Assembly: GCA_963843335.1 (NCBI GenBank)
Contig: CAWJKF010000018.1
Coordinates: forward strand, 576,097-640,096
DNA: 64,000 bases
Direction of reading: 5' to 3'
Origin: an uncultured Chloroflexia bacterium
GTDB lineage: Bacteria; Chloroflexota; Limnocylindria; Limnocylindrales; CSP1-4
This document shows positions 28,601-37,304 of the stretch, one piece after another (the stretch's first letter is position 1; every line of letters starts with the position of its first letter). A program made the translations under genes and the position numbers. The notes beneath the pieces are model-generated. The model was given only the letters and a program-made list of their open reading frames with translations. It was not told where the DNA came from and made no database searches.

Positions 28601-29046
28601 GGCTCGATCGCCCAGTCGGTCGGCATGAAGGTCGTCGGTCGGTGGTGCTGTGGCCAGTTGAGCTCGATGCCGCCCGAGATCCAGGGTCCCAGCAAACCCA
28701 CGAGCGCAGGCTTGATGACGTTCTGGCGATAGACCAGGTCATACCCGTTGCTGCGATCCTGGACGACGTGGATCCGACCACCGAGACCGGGCAGCACCAT
28801 CACCCGCAGCCAGCGGTTCTCCAGGTGGAGCGCGTCCCAGGATCGGTCCTCCGCTGCGTCGCCCACGCGATCCGTGACGGGGTTGGGATAGACCCGCCCG
28901 GACGAACCCTGGTAGACGCGCCGCTCCAGGAACAATGGATTGCGGTCTGGCGCGGGGACCGGATACGTGGTGATGGTCACCGGCTCCGACCACGCGGCCA
29001 CGGCGTCGTCAGCGAGGTGGCTGGGCCGCGCTGGCAGGGTCAGCAT
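25687..29046 (-). CDS. DUF5107-like (mutarotase-like) N-terminal domain fused to long TPR region, 1119 aa
   Basis: ORF 25687..29046. N-terminus: FLERRVYQGSSGRVYPNP...LENRWLRVMVLPGLGGRIH...GGIELNWPQHHRP. The C-terminal half has repeated A/L/R-rich TPR-like helices. Confidence 0.7.
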   Translation of the reverse strand: MLTLPARPSHLADDAVAAWSEPVTITTYPVPAPDRNPLFLERRVYQGSSGRVYPNPVTDRVGDAAEDRSWDALHLENRWLRVMVLPGLGGRIHVVQDRSNGYDLVYRQNVIKPALVGLLGPWISGGIELNWPQHHRPTTFMPTDWAIEPLDDGGTTIWCSEHEPMDRMKGMHGVTLRPDSALLELRVRLVNRTPLRRTFLWWANVAARVHDRYEAFFPPDVHHVADHARRATSSFPVARGVYYGVDYGARTPAEADLRWYRNIPVPTSYMITGTEQDFFGGYDHAVGAGFVHWAEHAISPGKKMWTWGDAEFGHAWDRELTDADGPYIELMAGVFTDNQPDFSFLSPGETRVFRQYWYPIQGIGPAQAATLDAAAHLEVEHGGHVRLGVAVTRERHGVEVILRAGGHALGSWTLDLAPDAPLVDHTLRLPAGTRRSDLDLEVRHEGRLLVELHPAPHADAPPPAPAREPARPDGIGSVEELVLVGRHLAQYRHATRRPEDYWREALRREPGDSRANTELGLWHMRRGELLDAETCLRRAIETLTRLNANPADGEPLYVLGVLLQAAGRPDEADTWLAKASWDAAWRAAADVARAEIAASGGAWSEALELLDRVLATQVDHAGAQVLRVAVLRRMERLDEAGSALAAWLSRDPLDARALAERRRLIDAGVAPSMVPVPGIARPPSDGQVALDVAHDDARAGLFPEAIIHLERALPGAAETVAPLIAYTLGWLCARSGREHEAARWRHDARRRPIDRVFPARPEEIAVLRSAIEADATDPRAPYLLGLLLYDRRRYDEAITCWETARRLDAAFATVHRNLGLALFNVRGRPRQARASYLRAFRADPTDGRVLYELDQLRKRLGEAPTARLRSLERHADVVSGRDDLTVELVTLLNEVGRHADALSILRTRRFHPWEGGEGLVSGQWVIANRESGRAALAAGYAPEALAWFDAAMAYPDNLGEGKHLLTPEHELQWLAAEAARGMGDRAVVAEWLARAARPQGDPGAPPAAASYWRALAMRALGDVRGASRVLRDLLRSARDRADAPTHIDYFATSLPSFLVFEDDLARRNRVACRYLEGLALMGARRRAEARAAFIDVAEQDVDHLEARLRLRELDQRARP

Positions 29047-29063
29047 CGGGGCGCCCTCCCGAC

Positions 29064-30011
29064 CTACCGGAGACCGAACGGGCTGGTCGACGTGGCGACC
29101 GCGAACCCCGGCACCCGGTCCGCGGCCAGGCGGTCCAGGAGACGATCGAGCGTGTCAGCCTCCACGGCATCGAGCGTGCGCGCCGGGTCGCGCAGCGCCT
29201 CCGAGGTGAAGATGCCCACACGACGCAGGTACCGCTTCGCCGCGAGCAGCAGCAGGTCCAGCGACTGCGCCACTATGGCCAGATAGGGCACGACCAGCCG
29301 GTACAGGTCATCGGCAGCCGATAGCTCTCCCTGCCGCGCCAGCCGGTCGATGGCCAGCAACGCCGGCCCCAGGTCACAGCCGGGCATGCACCCGGTGGCG
29401 CCACGGGCAAGGCTGTCGAGATACCCCAGGCCACCCCATCCGGCGACGATCTCGATGCCCGCGTCGTGCGCGGCGGACGTCTTGGCCCCGGCACCGGGGA
29501 TCTCCACCTTGAGCGAGCGCACGAGCGGGTGGCGTTCGGCGATGGTGACGAGCGCATCGATGCTGAGGGTGACGCCGGTGATCTGGGGCGAGTCCTGGAC
29601 CAGGATGGGCACCCGCACCACATCGGCGAGCGCCGCATAGTGATCGACGAGCTGGGCCGTCGTCCGCGCGCCCGACGGCGGCAGCACCATCAGGCCCGTC
29701 GCGCCGGCGCTCACGGCGCGCCACCCCCGATCGATGGCGATGGCCGTGCTGCCGTCCACGCCCACCACCAGCGGCACTCGGCCGTCGATGGCGTCGATGA
29801 CGCTCCGAACGACCTCGTCGCGCTCGGGCTCGCGCAGCGTCCAGGCTTCCGACGCCAGTCCGAGTACCACCAGACCGTCAACGCCGGCGGCGATCATGGC
29901 CTCCGCGAGCGCCCGCAGCTCGGCATGCACGATGGGCTGCTCGACGCCGTCCCCGAACGGCAGGTGGAGCACGGGTCGGATCCCGCCGAACGTCGTGGGG
30001 GTGTCGGTCAT
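29064..30011 (-). CDS. DapA/N-acetylneuraminate-lyase-family class I aldolase
   Basis: GVDGLVVLGLASEAWTL...RVPLVVGV...GATGLMVLPP pattern. Lies 17 nt upstream of the DUF5107 gene on the same strand. Confidence 0.8.
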   Translation of the reverse strand: MTDTPTTFGGIRPVLHLPFGDGVEQPIVHAELRALAEAMIAAGVDGLVVLGLASEAWTLREPERDEVVRSVIDAIDGRVPLVVGVDGSTAIAIDRGWRAVSAGATGLMVLPPSGARTTAQLVDHYAALADVVRVPILVQDSPQITGVTLSIDALVTIAERHPLVRSLKVEIPGAGAKTSAAHDAGIEIVAGWGGLGYLDSLARGATGCMPGCDLGPALLAIDRLARQGELSAADDLYRLVVPYLAIVAQSLDLLLLAAKRYLRRVGIFTSEALRDPARTLDAVEADTLDRLLDRLAADRVPGFAVATSTSPFGLR

Positions 30012-30168
30012 GCCCTCCTCCTCGAGGCGCCGCGACGGACCGGCTCACGTTGCCTCACCATCAGACAGGATCCCGCCGTGCATCCCGGCAGTCGCCGCGA
30101 CCGTTCCGGATAGCCGCCGAAACCAAGGTTGCCATCACCCCGCCACTGTAGGACAATCTCCGACTGAA

Positions 30169-30180
30169 TGGTCCTGACCA
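30169..30180. promoter_or_regulatory. dre-like HutC/GntR operator candidate AATGGTCCTGACCAAT (core TGGTCCTGACCA)
   Basis: Inverted arms TGGTC/GACCA. Nested inside the 7-bp inverted repeat ccgactg (30160-30166) / cagtcgg (30194-30200). Sits about 100 nt upstream of the transporter gene. Confidence 0.45.
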
Positions 30181-30277
30181 ATCAGACCTTTGGCAGTCGG
30201 GCCTGAGACCCTAAGGAGGAGCCGAACGACGGCATCGCACGCGTTATGTAGGTCGTCCAATCCCGGAGGAGAACGAA

Positions 30278-31324
30278 ATGGCTGATCTGATCAGGCGGCG
30301 CTCGCGCGCCTTCTCGGTGGCCGCTGCCGCCACGGTCCTGGGCCTCGCGATCGCCGGCCCTGCCGGCGCGCAGAGCCCCGCTGCGTCCACCGCGCCCGGC
30401 ACGGGCCCGCTGTTCGTGGCCATCAACAAGAGCGCCGACCAGCAGTACTTCATCGACCTGCAGACGGCGTTCAAGGCGAAGATCGCCGAGCTCGGCGGCC
30501 AGGCGCTGTCATACGACGCGAAGCTCGACCCCAACCTGGGCGTGAGCCTCGTCAACGACGCCATCTCCGCGGGTGCCAAGGGCATCGCCATCACCGTCCC
30601 TGACCAGACGATCGGGCCTGCCATCGCCACCGCGGCGAAGGACGCCAGTGTCGCCCTGGTCGCGACCGACGACGGCATCAAGGACGCAGCCGGCGCAGAC
30701 GTCCCGTTCGTGGGCTTCAACGGCACCGACATGGGCACCAAGGTTGGCGCGTCGGCTGTCGACCTGCTGACCAAGAGCGGGTGGCTCTCCGACACGACCA
30801 AGAAGGTCGGCGTGCTGTCGACCGAGGTCCAGACCCTCTCCGTCTGCGAGGATCGCACGAACGCCGCGAAGGCCGCGATGACCGCAGCTGGTGTCCCCGC
30901 CGACAACGTCTTCCAGGTCCCGTACACGGGTGAGACGTCGTCCGCGCAGGATGCCGCCGGCCCCATCATCACCGCCCATCCGGATGTCACCAACTGGGTC
31001 GTCTTCGCCTGCAACGACGAGGGCGTCCTGGGTACCCTGAACGCGCTCGCGACAGCCGCCGTGAGCCCGGACAACGTCATCGGCGTCGGCCTTGGCGCCT
31101 ATGAGGCCTGCAAGCCGTGGGCCGCTGGTCAGCCGTCCGGCTTCAAGTCCGCACTGTTCATCTCCGGTCTGGACGTGGGCGCATCTGCTGCCCAGGTCCT
31201 GTACGACAACGTCGTCAATGGCGTGGCCCTGCCCGCAACGACGATCGCACCGACGACCATCGTCGATGCCACGACGTACAGCACGGTGATGGATCCCATC
31301 TCCGTGGCCAACTGCTCCAAGTAG
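30278..31324 (+). CDS. Sugar ABC transporter substrate-binding protein, AraF-like (Peripla_BP_1/4 family)
   Basis: Signal RRRSRAFSVAAAATVLGLAIAGPAGA. The architecture parallels arabinose-binding protein: ...GAKGIAITVPD..VALVATDD..VPFVGFNGTDMGTKVG...VIGVGLG. Confidence 0.8.
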   Translation: MADLIRRRSRAFSVAAAATVLGLAIAGPAGAQSPAASTAPGTGPLFVAINKSADQQYFIDLQTAFKAKIAELGGQALSYDAKLDPNLGVSLVNDAISAGAKGIAITVPDQTIGPAIATAAKDASVALVATDDGIKDAAGADVPFVGFNGTDMGTKVGASAVDLLTKSGWLSDTTKKVGVLSTEVQTLSVCEDRTNAAKAAMTAAGVPADNVFQVPYTGETSSAQDAAGPIITAHPDVTNWVVFACNDEGVLGTLNALATAAVSPDNVIGVGLGAYEACKPWAAGQPSGFKSALFISGLDVGASAAQVLYDNVVNGVALPATTIAPTTIVDATTYSTVMDPISVANCSK

Positions 31325-31418
31325 GCCCCAGCGGGAACGTCGGGTCCGGGCAGGTGCCCGGACCCGACGTCCATATGTCCCGGTCGCGCACGACCCACCC
31401 CTCCCGCACGAGTGATCG

Positions 31419-33053
31419 ATGACCACGCTCGCGACCGCCGACGGCGCCACCCAGCCACTCCTGCCGCCCGGGCTGCCCGGCGTCCTCGAGCTTCGCGACA
31501 TCAACAAGTCGTTCCCGAACGTCCAGGCCCTTGCCGATGTCTCCCTCGACATCCGTCCCGGGGAGATCCTCGCGTTCCTGGGGGAGAACGGCGCCGGCAA
31601 GTCGACATTGCTCAAGATCCTCAACGGCGACTACCAGCCGGACGCCGGGACCATGACCATCGATGGCGTGGCGCTCCACTTCAACAATCCGCGCGAGGCG
31701 CGCGCCGCGGGTGTCCGGGTCATCTACCAGGAGCCGGAGATCATCCCCGGCGTCGACGTCGCGGAGAACATCTTCGCCGGTGACCTCCCCAAGCGGGGAC
31801 CGTTCATCGACCGTGGGCAGCTCAACAAGCTGGCTGCGGCCGAGCTGGCACGCTACGGGTTCGAACGAGCGCTGCCGGCGGACCGGATGGGCGACGAGCT
31901 CTCCACCGCGCAGCGGCAGCTGGTCGAGATCATGCGCGCCGTCACCTCGCCGATGCGTATCCTGGCCCTCGACGAACCGACGTCGTCCCTGACCGATGAG
32001 GATGTCGAGCGGCTCTTCTCCCTGGTGCGCCGCCTTCGCGACGACGGTGTCGCGATCATCTATGTCAGCCATCGGCTGCGGGAGATCCTGCGGCTGGCCG
32101 ATCGGGTCGCCATCCTGCGGGATGGGCGACTGGTGGCGGTCCGCCCGTCCGCCGAGCTCACCGAGCGCGAGATCATGCGGCTCATGGTCGGCCGGGAGCT
32201 GGGTGAGCTGTTCACACGACATCGTGCGGCCACCGACCGGGTCGTCCTGCGGGGTACGGGCATCACCAGTGATTGGCATCGCGACATCTCGTTCGAGATC
32301 AGGGCCGGCGAGATCGTCGGTTTCGCGGGTCTCGTGGGTGCCGGTCGCACGGAGCTCGCCAAGGTCGTGTTCGGCGAGCTGCCACGCACCTCGGGCACCA
32401 TCGAGATCGATGGCAAGGTCGCGAACATCACGGCCCCCCAGGATGCCATCCGCCACGGCATCGGCTTCGCCCCCGAGGACCGCAAGCGCGAGGGCCTCAT
32501 CCTCATCCGGAGCGTCCTGGAGAACGCATCGCTGGCCATCCTGCGGCGCCTCACCCGCTTCCATTTCGTTCAGCAGCGCCTGGAGCGACGGGTGGCCATG
32601 GAGTACGTCACGCGTCTGAACGTGCGCACGCCCTCCATCGACCAGGAGGTGGGCAAGCTCTCGGGTGGCAACCAGCAGAAGGTCGTGCTGGCCAGATGGT
32701 TGGCGGCACGGCCGCGCATGCTCATCCTCGATGAGCCCACACGGGGCATCGATGTGGGCGCCAAGGCCGAGATCTACCGACTGGTCGACCAGCTCGCCAA
32801 CGATGGTTTGGGGATCATGCTCATCTCCTCGGAGCTGTCCGAGATCCTGGGACTCTCGGACCGGATCTATGTGATGCAGAACGGGCGCATCACGGGGGAG
32901 CTGCCCGGCCCCGGCACCACCGAAGAGCAGGTGCTGGACCTGGCCATGGCCGAGAACCTGACCGCCGACGAGCACGGCTTCATCCCACCGCTGCCCCCGG
33001 AGCCGCCCGCTGCGTCGGCCCCTGACAGCACCATCATCCAGAGAGTGCAATGA
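31419..33053 (+). CDS. Sugar ABC transporter ATP-binding protein (duplicated NBD, AraG/RbsA/MglA type)
   Basis: Two NBDs: GENGAGKSTLLK plus LSTAQRQLVEIMRA, then GLVGAGRTELAK plus LSGGNQQKVVLARWL. Confidence 0.95.
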   Translation: MTTLATADGATQPLLPPGLPGVLELRDINKSFPNVQALADVSLDIRPGEILAFLGENGAGKSTLLKILNGDYQPDAGTMTIDGVALHFNNPREARAAGVRVIYQEPEIIPGVDVAENIFAGDLPKRGPFIDRGQLNKLAAAELARYGFERALPADRMGDELSTAQRQLVEIMRAVTSPMRILALDEPTSSLTDEDVERLFSLVRRLRDDGVAIIYVSHRLREILRLADRVAILRDGRLVAVRPSAELTEREIMRLMVGRELGELFTRHRAATDRVVLRGTGITSDWHRDISFEIRAGEIVGFAGLVGAGRTELAKVVFGELPRTSGTIEIDGKVANITAPQDAIRHGIGFAPEDRKREGLILIRSVLENASLAILRRLTRFHFVQQRLERRVAMEYVTRLNVRTPSIDQEVGKLSGGNQQKVVLARWLAARPRMLILDEPTRGIDVGAKAEIYRLVDQLANDGLGIMLISSELSEILGLSDRIYVMQNGRITGELPGPGTTEEQVLDLAMAENLTADEHGFIPPLPPEPPAASAPDSTIIQRVQ

Positions 33054-34213
33054 GCGATCCAGGCACGGCCATCCCGACCCCGGCCCCGTCGACCCCACCG
33101 GCGCCCGCCGACCCGATCGCCGGGTCGTCCAGGAAGCCGTCGGCGTGGCGGCGCACGGTCGGCTTCATCGGCGTCAACAACCTGTCGCTCATCATCGCCC
33201 TGATCATCGTCGTCGGCATCGTCATCTGGCAGTCGCCCCGCGGGGCCGGCGGGGCTCCGTTGTTCCTGACCTGGCAGAACCTCATGAACAGCCTCGCCCA
33301 GAGCATCGTCATCGTGGGCCTGCTGGCCATCGGCGAGACCGTGGTCATCGTCGCGGGCGGTCTCGATATCTCCGTCGGCTCCATCGCGTCCGTGGCCTCG
33401 GTCACCGCCGCCATCGCCATCGTCTCGGGCGTCTTCGGCATCATCCCCCCCGGATCGATGCAGGTCGCCATCATCGCGGGCATCGTCACGGGCATGATCC
33501 TGGGACTGGGCAACGGTCTTATCGTCACCCTGCTCAACGTCAACCCCATCATCGCGACGCTGGGCACCCTGGCGGCCTACGCCGGGCTGGCGTTCCTCAT
33601 CGCGCCCGGTGGCAAGCCGGTCGGTGTCGTGACGCAGCCGGACTTCACGTGGCTGGGTACCGGCCGCATCTTCGAGGGCGCGCCGCTCCCGGCGATGGGC
33701 GGCTCCGCCTGGACGGGCATCCCGGTCATCTTCCTGGTGCTCATCATCGTGGCGGTCCTGTTCCACATCCTGATGCGCTACACCGACTTCGGGCGTGCCA
33801 TCTACGCCATCGGCGGCAACGCCGTGGCTGCTCGCCTGGCGGGCATCAACGTGCGCCGCGTGCGCATCACGATGTACATCCTGAGCGGCGCCGCGGCCGG
33901 CCTGGCGGGTGTGCTGCTGACGGCGCGGACCACGTCGGGCAACCCCATCAACGGCCAGGGCTTCGAGCTCCAGGCCATCACGGCGGTCTTCCTCGGCGGC
34001 GCTGCCACGACCGGCGGCAAGGGCACCATCGTGGGCACGGTGCTCGCGGTCATGCTCGTCGGCGTGCTGAACAACGGCATGAACCTGCTGGGTGTCAACA
34101 CCTTCTATCAGCGCGTGGCGCTGGGCGTGCTGCTCATCGGCGCGGTCGCCATCTCGCAGTGGCGCCAGACACGCGCGGAGCGCTCCCGCAGCCGGATCGC
34201 CGCCGCGGGCTGA
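33050..34213 (+). CDS. Sugar ABC transporter permease (AraH/RbsC family)
   Basis: ORF 33050..34213 is polytopic, with GGLDISVGS and IYAIGGNAVAARLAGINV motifs. ATGA overlap with the ATPase gene. Confidence 0.9.
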   Translation: MSDPGTAIPTPAPSTPPAPADPIAGSSRKPSAWRRTVGFIGVNNLSLIIALIIVVGIVIWQSPRGAGGAPLFLTWQNLMNSLAQSIVIVGLLAIGETVVIVAGGLDISVGSIASVASVTAAIAIVSGVFGIIPPGSMQVAIIAGIVTGMILGLGNGLIVTLLNVNPIIATLGTLAAYAGLAFLIAPGGKPVGVVTQPDFTWLGTGRIFEGAPLPAMGGSAWTGIPVIFLVLIIVAVLFHILMRYTDFGRAIYAIGGNAVAARLAGINVRRVRITMYILSGAAAGLAGVLLTARTTSGNPINGQGFELQAITAVFLGGAATTGGKGTIVGTVLAVMLVGVLNNGMNLLGVNTFYQRVALGVLLIGAVAISQWRQTRAERSRSRIAAAG

Positions 34214-34285
34214 CCCGCGGTACCCCGATGTCGCAAGCATCGCCGGGTCGGCCATGACCGACGCTCGACCACGGGGAGGACCCGG

Positions 34286-35254
34286 ATGACGTCCCAGGTG
34301 AGCGAGGTGGTATGGAACGGCTGGCCCGCCGTTCGGCTGGCGGACGCGGCCATCTCGCTCGTCGTGCTGCCGGGCCTGGGCGGGCGCGTGGTCTCGCTGC
34401 GTGACGTACGCACACACCGGGAGTGGCTGGTGCAAGGTCGGCCGCCAGACCCGGCCGAGGCAGGGGCCTGGAGCCGCGAGGACGTCGTCTTCTCCGGGCT
34501 GCAGTCGTTCGGCTGGGATGAGTGCCTGCCCACGGTCGCACCCTGCGACGACCCGCTCGACGCATCGGCGCCGCGGCTGCGGGACCATGGCGACCTGTGG
34601 GGTCGCCCGACCGATGTGCGCGGGGATCAGGACGCCATCACGACGACCTGGACGCCCGCCCGCTGGGGATACCGCTTGCGTCGACGGCTGTCCCTCGAGG
34701 GCGACGGCGCGGTCCGCGCCGACTACGACCTGGTGTCACTCGCCGACCGGACCCTGCCGTTGCTGTGGTCGATGCATCCGACCCTGGCGCTCGAGGCGGG
34801 CTCGCACATCGAGCTGCCCGGGGAGGAGCGAGTGCGCCTGACCTGGGCGACCGGTTCGCCGTCGCTCGCCGGCGACTCGGTCGCCTGGCCGCTGGCCACC
34901 GCCCAGGATGGCTCGACGGTCGACCTTGGACGAGTGCGCCGACCGGACGGGAGCGCGGCCAAGTGCTATGCCTCCCGGGCTCGGCTCGGGCGCGTTCGTG
35001 CGGCTGACGGCGACCTGCTGGAGCTCAGCTGGGATGCGTCGCGGGTCCCGGCCGTCGGTGTGTGGCTGGACTTCGGCGGCTGGCCGGTCGGGGGTCCCCC
35101 GGTGGAGCAGGTCGCCCTCGAGCCGACCTCGTCGTCCGACGACCACCTCTGCGACGCCATGGCGCACGAGCGGGCATGGACGCTTGCCCCCGCGGCGACG
35201 CTGCACTGGTGGGTGCGGCTGACCAGCATCCCTCGGCCCGCGGTGGCCGCGTGA
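34286..35254 (+). CDS. Aldose-1-epimerase (mutarotase)-like superfamily protein
   Basis: WPAVRLADAAISLVVLPGLGGRVVSL...GWDECLPTV...RDHGDLWG...LLWSMHPTL is a pattern shared with the DUF5107 N-terminus. GGAGGA upstream. Confidence 0.55.
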   Translation: MTSQVSEVVWNGWPAVRLADAAISLVVLPGLGGRVVSLRDVRTHREWLVQGRPPDPAEAGAWSREDVVFSGLQSFGWDECLPTVAPCDDPLDASAPRLRDHGDLWGRPTDVRGDQDAITTTWTPARWGYRLRRRLSLEGDGAVRADYDLVSLADRTLPLLWSMHPTLALEAGSHIELPGEERVRLTWATGSPSLAGDSVAWPLATAQDGSTVDLGRVRRPDGSAAKCYASRARLGRVRAADGDLLELSWDASRVPAVGVWLDFGGWPVGGPPVEQVALEPTSSSDDHLCDAMAHERAWTLAPAATLHWWVRLTSIPRPAVAA

Positions 35255-36504
35255 CCGGGGCGGCTGCGGCTGGGACGTCGCCGGGTGCCCTCGATGGCAT
35301 CCGTGTCCTCGACGGCAGCCAGATGCTGGCCGGTCCCATCTGTGCCATGCGCCTGGGCGACCTGGGTGCCGACGTGCTCAAGATCGAGCCGCCGAGTGGG
35401 GAGCACAACCGCAGCCACGGCTTCGGCGCGGTCCGCGTGGGCGGCGAGACGCCCACGTTCATGGGTCTCAACCGCAACAAGCGGAGCGTGGCGATCGACC
35501 TCAAGTCAGCCGCGGGACTGGCCGTCTTCCTGGAGCTGGCGCAGGCTGCCGATGTGTTCCTCCAGAACTACCGCGTGGGCACCGCGGAGCGGTTGGGCAT
35601 CGGCTGGCAGCAGCTGCATGCCGTCAACCCGCGGCTCGTCTACGCCCAGATCTCCGGCTATGGGGAGGACGGGCCGCTCCGGGACCGACCCGGACAGGAC
35701 CTGCTCGTGCAGGCGATGTCGGGTTCGATGTGGTCGGTCGGTGCCAGGGACGACCCGCCCCAGCCGGGTGCCCTGTGGGCCGCCGACACGCTCACGGGCT
35801 ACCAGACGGCGATCGGCATCCTGGCCGCGCTGCGGGCCCGCGAGCGCGACGGCGAGGGCCAGAAGGTGTCCGTGAGCATGCTCGGCGTGATCATGGATTG
35901 CCAGCTCCAGGAGCTCACGACGTTCCTCAACGGGGGCACGACCTTCCCGCGCACTCAGCGACCGTCCGCGCATGCCTGGATCCCGGCGCCGTATGGCGTG
36001 TATCGGACGCACGATGCGTGGCTGGTGCTGGCCATGGCGCCGCTGCCGCAGCTCGGCACCGCCCTTGGCGTGCCGGTGCTCGCGGGCATGACCGACGAGG
36101 ACGATGGCATGCGTCGACGGGACGAGATCGACGCCATCCTGACGCCCATCCTCGCGACCCGGACGACCGAGGCATGGGTGGCGTTCTTCGATGCGCATCG
36201 CCTGTGGTCCGGACCGGTCGCGACGTATGCGGAGCTGGAGCAGCATCCCCAGGTCGTGGCGGGGAGATTCATCACCGAGGTGTCCCATCCCGTCGCGGGG
36301 ACCATCCGGCTGCCGGCGCCACCCTTGCGACTGAGCGCCACGCCGGCGACCATCCGACGGTCGCCGCCGCTCCTTGGCGCGGACACCCGGGAGGCGCTCG
36401 CGGACTGGCTGGGATGGGACGATGCACGCCTGGCCGACGCCGCCGCGAGCGGGGCCTTCGGGCCCCACGACGTGCACGACGGGAACGAGAGGAGCGCCAC
36501 ATGA
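35251..36504 (+). CDS. Family III CoA-transferase (CaiB/BaiF type)
   Basis: GTG 35251 overlaps the upstream stop. LDGIRVLDGSQMLAGPICAMRLGDLGADVLKIEPP...FMGLNRNKRSVAIDLK. Confidence 0.9.
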   Translation: MTGAAAAGTSPGALDGIRVLDGSQMLAGPICAMRLGDLGADVLKIEPPSGEHNRSHGFGAVRVGGETPTFMGLNRNKRSVAIDLKSAAGLAVFLELAQAADVFLQNYRVGTAERLGIGWQQLHAVNPRLVYAQISGYGEDGPLRDRPGQDLLVQAMSGSMWSVGARDDPPQPGALWAADTLTGYQTAIGILAALRARERDGEGQKVSVSMLGVIMDCQLQELTTFLNGGTTFPRTQRPSAHAWIPAPYGVYRTHDAWLVLAMAPLPQLGTALGVPVLAGMTDEDDGMRRRDEIDAILTPILATRTTEAWVAFFDAHRLWSGPVATYAELEQHPQVVAGRFITEVSHPVAGTIRLPAPPLRLSATPATIRRSPPLLGADTREALADWLGWDDARLADAAASGAFGPHDVHDGNERSAT

Positions 36505-37304
36505 GCGAGGCCCCAGGGCCCGAGCGAGGTCGTGTCCACCTGGCCGTGGACGGGCCAACCGCGGTCATGACCATCGACCGCCCGGCCAAGCTCAACACGT
36601 TCACGGTCGACATGACCGCGGAGCTGAGCGACCATTGTGAGCGGCTGGACCGCGACGATTCGGTGCGCGTCCTGCTCATCCGGGCGGTCGGCGAGCGGGC
36701 CTTCTGCGCCGGCAGCGACATCGCCCTGCTCGACGACCTCGGCGGCACATGGCAGGGTCGCAATCGTGCCGGCTTCGGACGCGACTACATCGGGCCGTTG
36801 CTGCGCCTGCGTCAACCCATCGTCGTCGCCATCCGCGGCTTCTGCCTCGGGGGCGGCCTGGAGATCGCGCTCGCGGCCGATGTGCGCGTGGCCGGCACCA
36901 GCGCGAGCTTCGGCGCACCAGAGGTGCGGCTCGGATGGCACGCCGGCTCGGGCAACACGACCATCCTGCCCCGGCTCATCGGCTACGGCAATGCGGCGCG
37001 CTGGATCCTCACCGGCGACCGGTTCCCGGCGGAGGAGGCACTGCGCGTCGGCCTCGTGCAGCAGGTCGTGCCCGACGACGAGGTGGAGATGGCCGCCGGC
37101 GACATCGCGGCACGCATCGCGGCGAACCCGCCCATCGCGGTCCAGGCAGCCAAGTCGCTCATCCGCCGCTCGCAAGGCACGAGCGTCGAGCAGGGTCTGG
37201 CCTGGGAGAACGATCTGTACAGCTACTGCATGACCACCGCTGACAGCCGCGAGGGCATCGCCGCGTTCGTCGAGAAGCGCGAGCCAAGGTTCCGGGGGGA
37301 GTGA
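36501..37304 (+). CDS. Enoyl-CoA hydratase/isomerase (crotonase) family protein
   Basis: ATG 36501 (ATGA overlap). RAFCAGSDI...IRGFCLGGGLEIALAADVRVA...APEVRLGW...REGIAAFVEKREPRF. Confidence 0.9.
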   Translation: MSEAPGPERGRVHLAVDGPTAVMTIDRPAKLNTFTVDMTAELSDHCERLDRDDSVRVLLIRAVGERAFCAGSDIALLDDLGGTWQGRNRAGFGRDYIGPLLRLRQPIVVAIRGFCLGGGLEIALAADVRVAGTSASFGAPEVRLGWHAGSGNTTILPRLIGYGNAARWILTGDRFPAEEALRVGLVQQVVPDDEVEMAAGDIAARIAANPPIAVQAAKSLIRRSQGTSVEQGLAWENDLYSYCMTTADSREGIAAFVEKREPRFRGE

